Notes: generated by a model not told the origin, from the sequence alone. A DNA stretch of 64,000 nucleotides from Sedimentisphaerales bacterium (GCA_963663965.2 CAXXFK010000028.1:384001-448000), one strand, 5' to 3'. Counted from the first letter of the stretch, positions 41,774 through 56,634 are shown. Numbers and translations: made by a program.

Positions 41774-41808
41774 TATGCGTCATGCGTGGGAGGCACGCAT
41801 GACGCATA
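41774..41808. other. Intergenic 15-bp perfect hairpin
   Basis: TATGCGTCATGCGTG-GGAGG-CACGCATGACGCATA between co-oriented genes. Confidence 0.6.
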
Positions 41809-41880
41809 GATTACCAAAACCAATTATTTTTATCCTCTATCAAAAGTCATACTATTGATAGTGATATAATCTATTTAAAC

Positions 41881-43989
41881 TCAATCGCAATCCGGCACCA
41901 AACGGCAATTCAGCCAGGTTGCGGCAAAGGTTGCGAAATCTTCAAGATCAATGACGCAGTTGCCATTATAATCATATTGCAATCCTTCGCTGTCAACACA
42001 AACGGTTTCGCCGGTCTGATCGGTATAGATATGTGCAATCTGGCGGCTGTCAAGGGCGTAGTTCCACATCTGCGCATCATCGATCAAACCATAGAAGAAG
42101 AAATCGTGTGCATCAGACTCATTTGCGCCAGCGCCAAACAAAGTTTCCTGATCAGGATTCGGTGAAAACGTCACATTTGTTGACATGCCAACCTGGATTC
42201 CGTTAATAAAAAGACGTTTCGTGACCAGGAATTTATCACCGGATGTCCCGGTTGCTTCCAGGCTGACTGCCAGATGGGTCCAGACGCCCGGGACGACATT
42301 TGAATCGGCCGTTGATGAACCGGTTGAGTGCCACCCGGCGCCTGTTCCAGTCCAGAACTGCCATTTATTACCAGAAGTTGCATAAATGATACATCCCTGC
42401 TGACCGGCGGATGTACCGTCATTGCGGTTACTGAAAGCGGTACGATAGTAAGTACTCTCGGGATCAACCCAAACCCACATCGATAGCGTAAAGCTCGAAG
42501 GATTCATTGTTTCGCTATAGGGTATTTCGACGGCTTCCTGATCGCCGGTCAGTATGATTGCCTGACCGTCTCCGATGGTACCAGTCGTATAATTGGGTTC
42601 GGTGATTTCAGGGATGCCACTGAACAGAATACCATCATTCACGCCCAGTTCATCAGTCATACTGTTATCGAATTTCCAGTGTCCAATCAAGCGTTCGGTC
42701 ATTACCAGGGCCGGTTGCGATACGGCTTCACCGACAATGTTTTTAGCGACACAGTAATAGTATCCCTCATCCGTCAGTTGCAGATCTGCAATTTGCAGCG
42801 TTTTGGGATTTCCGTCGGAATCAGTCACGACTGAATCATCGTCAGGAGTGTCATTGGCCTTATCATCGGTCTTGTACCAGGTGATCGTTTCTTCATTCAG
42901 GGTTTCGACTGTTAATATTGCCGTTCCGCCGGCCGGTGCGGTATCATTGGCTGGACCTTTTTCAATCACCGGTGTCGCGGGAATCGTCCTGAAACTCAAT
43001 GTAGTACCTTCGATAACATTATCGGCGGTATCCACGCGGTCAACTTTCCAGAAATAAACCGTATCGTTGGTCAGTAAATTATCGGTTGGACTTGGTGACA
43101 AGTCGGCTAAAGTTATGGAAGTTGTTGCTGCCTCGAAGTAATTATTATCAGACTGATAGACGCCATTGGGATCGTTAGGATCGGTTCCAAGTGAAACATA
43201 GTACCCTTTTGTGTCAGTAACATTTTCAGCAATTTCCCAAGACAAGGATGTGTCGATGGCCACTTTTTCTTCATTGTTAACCGGGCTGAAATTGGTCAGG
43301 CCATTGGAGGTCGCAAACCGTATTTCACCGAAGCCAACCCGATCGCCACCTCCGGTGGGATTAACGCCTTCACTGGCTGGATCGCCATAATGGTTGTTAG
43401 TGATCACCATCTTGACATAGCGGATTTTAGCGCTACTGAGTTCGAAAAGCTGAGCAGTATTGATATTGCCGTTATTCAGACCAACGACCGATTTCATGGC
43501 AATTGTGGTTACTGGTCCAGAAAATGTTCCAGCCCCCTGGGCTTCCGTATTAAATTGAAGATCTATGGTATAGGCATGATTCCCAATGCTGATATAATTG
43601 CCACCATTATTCTGGTATTGCCATAAAATAATTCCACCAACCGAAACATCTCCGCCGCTCGTTAAATCCCAGATGAATATGGGGGGCTGAGTGCTGCCAT
43701 AACCGGCAAAATAATCGCTGCCAGAGGCATTGGAAATGTAGGATTCAGCGTAGCCGCCGCCATAGGTATGTACTGCAGCCAACGCTGCTTCCAAAGTGTC
43801 CCCATTGTTGACAGCTGGTGTCATGCCGGAATTGTCAATCAGTTGAGTGGGACCGGTTCCACCGTAAGCATTGAGATTTATCGTGGCGACGGATGTTGGG
43901 ACAATAACTTCTCCAAAGATTATCCCCCTCTGTAATAAACACAGAGCTGCGACTAGCGTTAAAACACAAATTCGACCTGTTTTCATCAT
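41881..43989 (-). CDS. Secreted discoidin-like head/FN3-like/Ig/LamG protein with dockerin-like tail
   Basis: Signal peptide and AGGAG RBS; YFWKVD, YYCVAKN, GHWKFD, LFING; tail DYNGNCVIDLEDFATFAATWLNC. Confidence 0.87.
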   Translation of the reverse strand: MMKTGRICVLTLVAALCLLQRGIIFGEVIVPTSVATINLNAYGGTGPTQLIDNSGMTPAVNNGDTLEAALAAVHTYGGGYAESYISNASGSDYFAGYGSTQPPIFIWDLTSGGDVSVGGIILWQYQNNGGNYISIGNHAYTIDLQFNTEAQGAGTFSGPVTTIAMKSVVGLNNGNINTAQLFELSSAKIRYVKMVITNNHYGDPASEGVNPTGGGDRVGFGEIRFATSNGLTNFSPVNNEEKVAIDTSLSWEIAENVTDTKGYYVSLGTDPNDPNGVYQSDNNYFEAATTSITLADLSPSPTDNLLTNDTVYFWKVDRVDTADNVIEGTTLSFRTIPATPVIEKGPANDTAPAGGTAILTVETLNEETITWYKTDDKANDTPDDDSVVTDSDGNPKTLQIADLQLTDEGYYYCVAKNIVGEAVSQPALVMTERLIGHWKFDNSMTDELGVNDGILFSGIPEITEPNYTTGTIGDGQAIILTGDQEAVEIPYSETMNPSSFTLSMWVWVDPESTYYRTAFSNRNDGTSAGQQGCIIYATSGNKWQFWTGTGAGWHSTGSSTADSNVVPGVWTHLAVSLEATGTSGDKFLVTKRLFINGIQVGMSTNVTFSPNPDQETLFGAGANESDAHDFFFYGLIDDAQMWNYALDSRQIAHIYTDQTGETVCVDSEGLQYDYNGNCVIDLEDFATFAATWLNCRLVPDCD

Positions 43990-45513
43990 TTTTGTCTCCT
44001 TAAAATAAAAATGAGGTTATAGTTTACTCGCCGGATTTTTACTTGTCCTCAAGCAGAGATAAACCAGTTATACTTGCAATTAATTTGGGAGAACCGACAT
44101 TTACGTTTGATACATTCAAGTGACGTAAATCGAACGAAGTCCATAAGATGAGTGATAAAATATTGATATATCCAATGTTTTTTTTCATCTTCACTGCTCC
44201 TTTGACGTATGATTTATTATCCTAACTCACTCCATGCCTTTTGTTTTATAGTATCATAATTGCTATCTCAAAGTTTATGTCGCATCTCGGTAGTTTTCTT
44301 TTTGGCTGACGTCAACCGTATAAGATGAGCTGTTGGGTTAAGGTGAAATTAGCCCCGAAAGTAATTGGCAAGACAGACAACCGAAAACCACTGAAATCAG
44401 ATAGGGGATTGTAATTAAAGTAAGGAAGACATTCCCCGGTTAGTTTCGCGTTAATTTTATCAATTGGAATGTCCAACTTTTTGCACCTCAAGGCTTATAA
44501 TCAGATATCAACCCTGCCGCTATGACAGAATAGCGGAGGAATCAATTTGATGTTATATAGGGACAAATTTTCCTTGTTGACGGAGTCTTCCGGCCGAAAC
44601 CGGCCAAATTTAACCAATAAACCACACACAACTTCTACATAATGCCTGCGACATTAAGTGAATTGTGAATGTGTATATTTAAATATGGCCGCTTGAAATT
44701 CGTTCAAAACCAATTTAAAACCAGCATTATTTTATGCCCGTTCCAGAATTGCTTCTGAATATATTAATTATATACTATAACTCATTAAACTGTGAGCAAA
44801 AAATCTGCATTTTTTAATTATCTTTGATTTTTGTCGTAAGTGATTATTTCGTGGATATATATAGCGAATATTATAATTTTAAAATCTGTAGAAATTGATA
44901 TTATATTCCCATTAAATTGATTTGCAGGCCAATATCAGTATGAATTTATCAGATATAAACAGTTTATTTCGCCAGATGTTCGATATCGATATCAGCTGAA
45001 TTTCAAATATTGATGTCCCTTTAATATTATTGACAATTCAGCTTGGTGGTGTGGATTCTAGGGTGTACTGTAAATATTTTCCTGAATATTTGTTGATCAA
45101 TACTAACTGGGGTAGCTCGAAGAGATAATTTTAATCGAATATAAAGCATAACCATTTAATATTCAATTGGTTAAGCATCCTATAGGGCATTTGTACTACA
45201 ATCCATTATCTCTTTGTTTTTTTGTATGCGTATTATTCTTATCTTTTTAACTATATTAATCGTAATGCCTTATACGATAAATTCATAACCTCGAACTTTT
45301 TATCCTGTTATTCTGTCTGAAAGGCTGTTTTCCTATATAGCTTTAGGACTTTATGTGAATTTTCTTTCTTTGGCTGCGGCTTGACTGGACTGCCCTGAAT
45401 TTTTTGAAGATTAAAAACAAAAATATTGCGCATTATGAATTTTCAAGAAATATCTATCATAGATAATTACATAATTTTGTTTACGCTAGTTAGCATGATT
45501 CCGGTTTTGTCTC

Positions 45514-46034
45514 ATGGATCATAATAGAAAAAAAAATAGTGAACTTGAGTTTGTAACGCTGATATCTTCTCACCAGAGACGGATATTGGCTTATATAATC
45601 ACACTTGTTCCTAATCGGAGTGATGCTGAAGACATTTTGCAGGAAACCACAGCATTGATGTGGGAAAAAAGAAGCGATTTTATTCCTGGAACAGATTTTG
45701 TCGCATGGGGCGCCAGTATTGCTTACTATAAAATTCTTAATTATCGAAAAAAGGCTGTCAAAAATCGCCAATTGATTTTCAATCATGAACAATTGAAGAG
45801 AATCGAAAAGCAGGCCGTTGAGAAAAGCAAACATGTTGAGGAAATGCTGTACCAATTAGACGAATGTATTGAGAAGATTTCCGAAACCGATAAACAACTT
45901 CTCCATATGCGATATAACAGGGAAATTGATATCAAGGAAATTTCTAATCATTTAAATAAATCCATCAGAACAGTTTATTTGGCAATTGCACGTATTCAGG
46001 GGCTTCTCCTGAGATGCTTGAAGGGGGAGAATGT

Positions 46035-46038
<4 letters not shown>
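45514..46038 (+). CDS. ECF sigma-70 factor (Rhodopirellula/Verrucomicrobium-type)
   Basis: DAEDILQET, DFVAW, LDECIEKI, LHMRY; paralog of 23169-23705. Confidence 0.92.
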
Positions 46039-49815
<3,777 letters not shown>

Positions 49816-49901
49816 TATTTGGTTGTTTCAGTTCTTATAGTGTATTTAATGTATGGTTTGAATTATTACGGAGTTCAGTAACCCCGGCAGGGAGCGTTGT
49901 T

Positions 49902-51923
49902 TTGAATAAAAGCAGTTTATGCCATGTTCGATTGAAGTATGCATTATACTCTCTTTTCTGGACCGGAGTAATAGGCCTGACTGTTCTGGTGACTTGCGCC
50001 AACGCCGCCCAACTGACAATTCAGGCAGGGGCGGGGAAATCGATAAGTCCGGACCTGGTGGGTGTTTTTTTTGAAGACCTTAACTACGCTGCGGATGGTG
50101 GGCTCTATGCCGAACTGATTCAGAACCGCTCTTTTGAATATAGTCCAACTGAGCAATCGGACTGGCATCCGCTTAAATTCTGGGAAACGCAAAAACGGAG
50201 GGGTGGGGATGGTTCGCTGGAGGTGGCGGATATGCGGCCTGTTCATAAAAACAATCCACATTATGCGTTACTAACAGTGAGAACTCCGGGTGAAGGCTTT
50301 GGTATTGCCACTGATGGATTTGATGGAATTGTCCTCAAGAACAGTGAGAGTTACGAGGCCTCATTTTGGGCTTATCAGGCATTTATGGGCCAGATGTGGG
50401 GGCGCGGCGATAACTCTAAACCGATGCCGGTAACCTTGCGCCTGGAAACCAAGGCTGGCGAGTTATTGGCTGAGACAAAATTGGAAATTAAAGGTCGGGA
50501 ATGGACGAAGTATAACGCAAAGCTGGTGCCGAGACAGAGCGCAAACGATGGCCGTCTGATCCTGCTGGCGCATGCCCAGGGAGGGATCTGTCTGGATATG
50601 ATTTCATTGTTTCCCGAAAAGACGTTCCACAATCGCCCCAATGGACTGCGTGCGGATCTGGCCCAGGCGATTGCCGATATCCGGCCGAAGTTCGTGCGTT
50701 TTCCCGGAGGCTGTCTGGTTCATGGCCAGGGAATCCATCAGTATTATGATTGGAAAGACAGCGTCGGCCCGGAGGAACAGCGCCGTTCCGGCCGGAACTT
50801 GTGGGGTTATGGCCAGACCAGGGGTTTGGGTTATTTTGAGTATTTCCAATTCTGCGAGGATATCGGGGCCATGCCGCTTCCCGTGGTCTCCGCCGGTGTT
50901 TGCTGTCAGCATGCCGGCAGTTCTCCCAACCGTGGCCAGGAAGGCTTGCCCATAGATGAAATGCCGGGTTATATCCAGGACGTGCTGGACTTGATTGAAT
51001 GGGCCAATGGCCCTGCGACATCAAGATGGGGGGCCGTGCGTGCAGCGGCCGGCCATCCGAAGCCGTTTGACCTGAAATATATCGGTGTTGGCAATGAGGA
51101 CGCTATCACTCCCATATTTAAAGAGCGATTTAATATGATCTACGAGGTGATTACAAAGGCGCATCCCGAAATAATTATAATCGGAACTGTTGGGCCATTT
51201 GCTTCCGGAGAAGACTACGATAATGGCTGGACATTCGCCCGGGAACTGAAAATCCCGATAGTGGATGAACACTATTATGTCAATCCGCAGTGGTTCTGGG
51301 ATAATCTGACTCGTTATAATACCTATAACCGAAAAGAATCCAGGGTTTATGTTGGTGAATATGCCGCCCATGATCAGGGCAGGCGTAATACCCTGCGTTC
51401 GGCCCTGGCCGAAGCGGCAGGATTTACCGGCTTTGAACGTAATGGGGATGTGGTCCGGTTTGCATCCTACGCGCCACTGCTGGCCCGCCGCGGCCATACG
51501 CAATGGAATCCGGATCTGATCTACTTCGACAGTACGAATGTTTATCTGACTACAAATTACTATGTCCAGAAACTATTCGGGGAAAACAGCGGCGACCGTT
51601 GTCTCGATGTCCAGTTGAACCCCGATGGCGCAGTCAAGTTGACGGCATCTTCAGTAGTTAATTCAAAAACTGGCAATTTGATCATCAAGATAGTCAATGG
51701 TGACGAAAATCAGGTGGCAATCGATATCCAGTTGTCCGGGCTTACTTCAACTGGTCCCTTTAATGCGGTAAAGACCTTGCTTACTGGACCTGACGCTGAC
51801 GCTGTGAATGAAGCCGGTAAGCAGCCGCAGATTGTACCGATAGGTTCAACAGAGACGGTCCAATCGAATTTTATTTATGCGGCACCGGCACATTCATTTA
51901 CAGTGTATAGGATTTCGTTATAA
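49902..51923 (+). CDS. Alpha-L-arabinofuranosidase, GH51
   Basis: FFEDLNYAADGGLYAELIQNRSFE, RFPGGC, VGNE, DEHYY, VGEYA, SYAPL; start uncertain (TTG 49902 behind GGAG). Confidence 0.92.
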   Translation: MNKSSLCHVRLKYALYSLFWTGVIGLTVLVTCANAAQLTIQAGAGKSISPDLVGVFFEDLNYAADGGLYAELIQNRSFEYSPTEQSDWHPLKFWETQKRRGGDGSLEVADMRPVHKNNPHYALLTVRTPGEGFGIATDGFDGIVLKNSESYEASFWAYQAFMGQMWGRGDNSKPMPVTLRLETKAGELLAETKLEIKGREWTKYNAKLVPRQSANDGRLILLAHAQGGICLDMISLFPEKTFHNRPNGLRADLAQAIADIRPKFVRFPGGCLVHGQGIHQYYDWKDSVGPEEQRRSGRNLWGYGQTRGLGYFEYFQFCEDIGAMPLPVVSAGVCCQHAGSSPNRGQEGLPIDEMPGYIQDVLDLIEWANGPATSRWGAVRAAAGHPKPFDLKYIGVGNEDAITPIFKERFNMIYEVITKAHPEIIIIGTVGPFASGEDYDNGWTFARELKIPIVDEHYYVNPQWFWDNLTRYNTYNRKESRVYVGEYAAHDQGRRNTLRSALAEAAGFTGFERNGDVVRFASYAPLLARRGHTQWNPDLIYFDSTNVYLTTNYYVQKLFGENSGDRCLDVQLNPDGAVKLTASSVVNSKTGNLIIKIVNGDENQVAIDIQLSGLTSTGPFNAVKTLLTGPDADAVNEAGKQPQIVPIGSTETVQSNFIYAAPAHSFTVYRISL

Positions 51924-51945
51924 TATTTAAATTGGAGTGATCATT

Positions 51946-53517
51946 ATGATTTTGAGGTATCTGAATGTTTTTGTTATTCTGTATGTGGCTCTCCTGATTT
52001 CATTGCCTGTCTATGCAGAATCCGCGCAGAATCCCATTATCTGGGCCGATGTCCCGGATGTCGCAGCCATTCGAGTTGGGGATATCTATTATATGAGCAG
52101 CACGACCATGCACATGAGCCCGGGATTGCCGATTATGAAGTCTAAAGACCTCATTAACTGGGAACTGATCGGCTATGCGTATGAGACCCTGACGGATAAC
52201 GAAGCGCTCAGGCTGGAAAACGGCCGGGGGGCCTACGGGGCGGGTTCCTGGGCCAGTAGTTTACGCTATCACAAAGACACCTACTATGTCTCCACCTTCT
52301 CCAGCACCAGCGGCAAAACACATATTTATTTCACAAAAGATATTGAAAAGGAACCCTGGAAGGAAATCTCGTTTTCACCTTCGCTGCACGATCATTCACT
52401 CTTCTTCGACGATGATGGACGTGTCTATATGTTGTACGGCGCCGGAAACCTCCGGTTGACAGAATTAAATTCGGATCTGTCCGGAATCAAACCGGATGGT
52501 TTTAATGAGGTGGTTATCCGAAATGCCAGTGCGGTGGCCGGTCCCAATATCGGTTTGCAGGCGGAAGGCTCGCAATTGCGTAAAATCAATGGCCGATATT
52601 ATCTGATGAACATCACCTGGCCGCGCAATGGCATGCGTACCCAGCTTGTTCATCGAGCCGACAAAATTACCGGACCCTATGAAGGCAGAGTCATCCTTCA
52701 GGATCAAGGCATCGCCCAGGGTTGTCTTATCGATACGCCCGATGGCAAGTGGTATGCCCTGTTATTCCAGGATCATGGCGCGGTCGGACGCATTCCGTAT
52801 CTGATACCAGTGAAATGGGAAGATGGCTGGCCGGTTCTGGGTACAGATGGTAAGGTGCCGATGAAGCTGGATATCCCCGCCGTCAGGGGTGGGCTGGCTA
52901 ATATCGTGGCCAGCGATGAATTTGAACGTAAGCCTGGCGAGTCCATGCCGCTGGCATGGCAATGGAACCATAATCCCGACAACCGGTATTGGTCTGTTGG
53001 AATACGGAATGGATATCTTAGATTGACTACCGGACGGGTGGATCAGGATGTACTGCGGGCCCGGAATACCCTCACCCAACGTACCTTTGGTCCGACGTGT
53101 TCGGCGGTGACCAAACTCGAGGTCGGCAATATGAAAGAGGGCGATTGTGCCGGTTTAATCGCACTGCAGAAAAAGTACGGCTATGTCGGCGTGAAAATGA
53201 CAGGGGAAGCCAAATCGGTGGTTATGGTCAGCGCCCAGTCCGACCGGCCCGAAGAAATGGCCTGTGTTCCACTTGATCAGCAAATCGTCTATTTCAAGAT
53301 CGACTGCGATTTCAGGGATCGTACCGACAAGGCGTATTTTTATTATAGTCTGGATGGCAACGCCTGGATGCAGGTTGGGTCGGTCCTGCAGATGGCCTAT
53401 ACCCTGCCGCACTTTATGGGCTATCGGTTTGGTTTGTTTAATTATGCTACGAAAACGACCGGCGGATATGCGGACTTTGATTTCTATCATGTGAGCGATA
53501 AGATTAGTATAGAATAA
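51946..53517 (+). CDS. GH43 beta-xylosidase/arabinofuranosidase with C-terminal beta-sandwich
   Basis: NPIIWADVPD, WAS, HDHSLFFDDDG, AEGS, AQG, WQWNH, HFMGYR. Confidence 0.92.
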   Translation: MILRYLNVFVILYVALLISLPVYAESAQNPIIWADVPDVAAIRVGDIYYMSSTTMHMSPGLPIMKSKDLINWELIGYAYETLTDNEALRLENGRGAYGAGSWASSLRYHKDTYYVSTFSSTSGKTHIYFTKDIEKEPWKEISFSPSLHDHSLFFDDDGRVYMLYGAGNLRLTELNSDLSGIKPDGFNEVVIRNASAVAGPNIGLQAEGSQLRKINGRYYLMNITWPRNGMRTQLVHRADKITGPYEGRVILQDQGIAQGCLIDTPDGKWYALLFQDHGAVGRIPYLIPVKWEDGWPVLGTDGKVPMKLDIPAVRGGLANIVASDEFERKPGESMPLAWQWNHNPDNRYWSVGIRNGYLRLTTGRVDQDVLRARNTLTQRTFGPTCSAVTKLEVGNMKEGDCAGLIALQKKYGYVGVKMTGEAKSVVMVSAQSDRPEEMACVPLDQQIVYFKIDCDFRDRTDKAYFYYSLDGNAWMQVGSVLQMAYTLPHFMGYRFGLFNYATKTTGGYADFDFYHVSDKISIE

Positions 53518-53665
53518 TTCATGATGGCTGACTGTATTCTTATTATGCCAGAGTCTTTACGATTCTAATTCTTTGTACAACAACGATATGAATCGACAGC
53601 AACTCATCAGGCAGGATAAGGGCGATCAATACATAAGGCAGATTATGTAAGGATGATATTTTATC

Positions 53666-56617
53666 ATGGGACTGAAAAAAACATTGCAAATCAGAATTGT
53701 TGGAGGAAGCTTATTTTGGGGTATCAATCGAACGTGTTTTTTATGGTTCTGGGCGCTTCATGGAATCCTTCTTATGTGTGTTCCTGTTCACGCGATGTCA
53801 GATCCGGCGTTAGTTCTGGTAAGTGATACGGCCCAGCCAGGATATTTCCCTTTGGTGTCAGGCGATCAATTGGCCCCGCTCTGGTACGATGCGGATGATG
53901 ACAGGGGAGTAATCCGCGCGATCAACGATTTACAGAAGGATATTGAACGTGTAACAGACCGGAAACCGGAACTGACAACTGACCGGCCCGCTGCCGGCGT
54001 TGCGGTTATTATTGGCACGTTAGGCAAGGGTAAGCTGATTGACACGCTGGTAACCGATGGCAGGCTCGATATTAGTCCAATTAAAGGTAAATGGGAGGCT
54101 CATTTGATTGCTGCCGTGGACAATCCATTCCCAGGCATCAGCAAGGGCTTGGTTATTGTTGGCAATGATAAAAGAGGAACCATATATGGTGTCTATACCT
54201 TGTCAGAACAGATCGGCGTCTCACCCTGGTATTGGTGGGCCGATGTTCCGGTAAAAAAACGTGATGCTTTGTATATTCAGTCCGGGCTTTCGGTTTACGG
54301 CCCTCCGGCAGTTCGATTTCGAGGTATTTTTCTGAATGATGAAGCGCCGGCCCTGAGCAATTGGGTTCATGAAAAATTTGGCGGTTTTAATCACGAGTTT
54401 TATACCAAAGTTTTTGAGTTACTCCTGCGTTTGAAGGCTAATTACCTCTGGCCGGCCATGTGGAACAATTCCTTCAATAGCGATGATCCGCTTAATCCCC
54501 AACTGGCCGATGAATATGGTATTGTGATGGGCACATCCCATCATGAGCCCATGATGCGGGCCTGGAAAGAATGGGGACGCTTGCATCCGGGGATGGCCTG
54601 GGATTATTCAAAAAATCCGGAGGTTCTGCGTGAGTTTTGGCGGGAAGGTCTGCAAAGAACCAGGGAGTATGAAAAAGTCATTACCCTGGCGATGCGCGGT
54701 GATGGCGATGAGCCGATGAGCGAGAAGGATAACGTGGCTCTACTGGAAAAAATCGTTACCGATCAGCGCCAGATGATTGAGGAAGTGATTAATAATGAGG
54801 TGACAAAAGTGCCCCAGGTGTGGGCGCTTTATAAGGAGGTCCAGGGGTATTATGAAAGAGGCATGCGGGTCCCGGACGATGTCATACTTCTGTGGTGTGA
54901 TGACAACTGGGGTAATCTTCGCCGGTTGCCAACCGAAACGGAACGGCTGCGCCCGGGCGGTGCTGGTATCTATTATCATTTTGATTATGTCGGCGGACCG
55001 CGGTCTTATCGATGGATCAACACCAATCCCATCCCAAAAATCTGGGAACAGATGAATCTGGCCTGTCATTATGGCGCTGATCAGATCTGGATTGTCAACG
55101 TGGGTGATCTGAAACCAATGGAATTTCCCACGGAATTTTTTCTGACCATGGCCTGGGATCCGAACCGATGGCCCAGGGAATCGTTGAAAGATTATTCCCG
55201 TCATTGGACTGCGCGCGAATTCGGAGCGGAATATTCCGATGATATTGCCGATATTATTGCAAAATACACGAAGTATAATGGACGGTGCAAGCCGGAACTT
55301 CTGGCGCCGGATACTTTCAGTCTTACAAACTATCGGGAAGCGGAAACCGTATTGGATGATTACAAGGCTATCGTCGATAAAGCCGAAAGGATTTATGACG
55401 CACTCTCCACTGAGGCCCGAGACGCCTTTTTTCAACTGGTTTTGCATCCCGCCCAGGCCAGTCGTATCATGACTGAGTTGAATATTACCGTTGGTAAGAA
55501 TCGCCTCTACGCCAGCCAGGGCCGTAGCGAAGCCAACTTAATGGCAAATAAGGTTCGGGAATTATTTGAGGCGGATGCAAAACTGACGGAACGCTATCAT
55601 TCCATGGCGAATGGCAAATGGAACCACATGATGGATCAAACCCATATCGGTTATACCAATTGGAATAATCCACCCAGGAACATAATGCCTAAGGTTACTG
55701 AGATTACCCTGCCGCAACAAGCCGGATTGGGGGTGGCGATTGAAGGGGCTACCCAGTCCTGGCCAGCCAGTTCGGACAATGCGGAACTCCCGCAATTCAA
55801 CAGGTTGGCCCGGAAAAAATATTATATTGAGGTATTCAATAAAGGATCTGATGCGTTTGAATTTACTGCCGATGCCGATAAATCATGGATAACTCTCAGC
55901 AGGACTGAAGCCCGGGTTAGCAACACTTCTGTACGCCTCTGGGTAGATATCGACTGGTCCCAGACACCCTCCGGCCGATCTGAGGGAGTGGTTACAATCA
56001 CCGGGGTCGGTGAGAAAGTGTCGGTCCATATTCACGCATTTAATCCGGATCAATCTGAGCTTCCTCAAAAGAGTTTTGTCGAGACCGATGGGTATGTTTC
56101 TATTGAGCCAGAGCATTATTCCGCCAGAATAGATACCACAGATTGTCACTGGGAGAAAATAGATGATTACGGGCTGTATCGTTCCGCTATGAGTCTTTTT
56201 CCAGTTACCGTCAGAAGTGTGATTCCGGGACCGGGTAGTCCATGCCTTGAATATAATACCTACCTGTTCACTTCAGGGAAAATAGAACTGCTCGTTTATG
56301 TCAGTCCGACTTTAAATTTTATTCCCGGCAGGGGATTGCAGATGGCGGTGTCGTTCGATGCTCAGTCGCCTCAGGTGATTAATGTTGTACCGGCTAACTA
56401 TACTGCCGGAGATGGCAATCGCGATTGGGAGCAGACCGTCATTCATAATGCCCGAATCGTCAAAAGCACTCATAACCTCTCAGAACCCGGCAGTCATATA
56501 CTCAAAATCTGGATGGTTGATCCGGGCATTGTTGTACAGAAACTGGTCATCAATACCGGGGGCCTGCGTCCCAGCCGGTTAGGACCCCCTGAAAGTCCTT
56601 TTTTAACTTTCGAATAA
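53666..56617 (+). CDS. Xylan alpha-1,2-glucuronidase, GH115
   Basis: GVSPWYWWADVP, RGIFLNDEAP, WPAMW, GTSHHEPM, MRGDGD, DDNWG, NVGDLKPME. Confidence 0.94.
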   Translation: MGLKKTLQIRIVGGSLFWGINRTCFLWFWALHGILLMCVPVHAMSDPALVLVSDTAQPGYFPLVSGDQLAPLWYDADDDRGVIRAINDLQKDIERVTDRKPELTTDRPAAGVAVIIGTLGKGKLIDTLVTDGRLDISPIKGKWEAHLIAAVDNPFPGISKGLVIVGNDKRGTIYGVYTLSEQIGVSPWYWWADVPVKKRDALYIQSGLSVYGPPAVRFRGIFLNDEAPALSNWVHEKFGGFNHEFYTKVFELLLRLKANYLWPAMWNNSFNSDDPLNPQLADEYGIVMGTSHHEPMMRAWKEWGRLHPGMAWDYSKNPEVLREFWREGLQRTREYEKVITLAMRGDGDEPMSEKDNVALLEKIVTDQRQMIEEVINNEVTKVPQVWALYKEVQGYYERGMRVPDDVILLWCDDNWGNLRRLPTETERLRPGGAGIYYHFDYVGGPRSYRWINTNPIPKIWEQMNLACHYGADQIWIVNVGDLKPMEFPTEFFLTMAWDPNRWPRESLKDYSRHWTAREFGAEYSDDIADIIAKYTKYNGRCKPELLAPDTFSLTNYREAETVLDDYKAIVDKAERIYDALSTEARDAFFQLVLHPAQASRIMTELNITVGKNRLYASQGRSEANLMANKVRELFEADAKLTERYHSMANGKWNHMMDQTHIGYTNWNNPPRNIMPKVTEITLPQQAGLGVAIEGATQSWPASSDNAELPQFNRLARKKYYIEVFNKGSDAFEFTADADKSWITLSRTEARVSNTSVRLWVDIDWSQTPSGRSEGVVTITGVGEKVSVHIHAFNPDQSELPQKSFVETDGYVSIEPEHYSARIDTTDCHWEKIDDYGLYRSAMSLFPVTVRSVIPGPGSPCLEYNTYLFTSGKIELLVYVSPTLNFIPGRGLQMAVSFDAQSPQVINVVPANYTAGDGNRDWEQTVIHNARIVKSTHNLSEPGSHILKIWMVDPGIVVQKLVINTGGLRPSRLGPPESPFLTFE

Positions 56618-56634
56618 CATCGCCAGGTGTCGTT

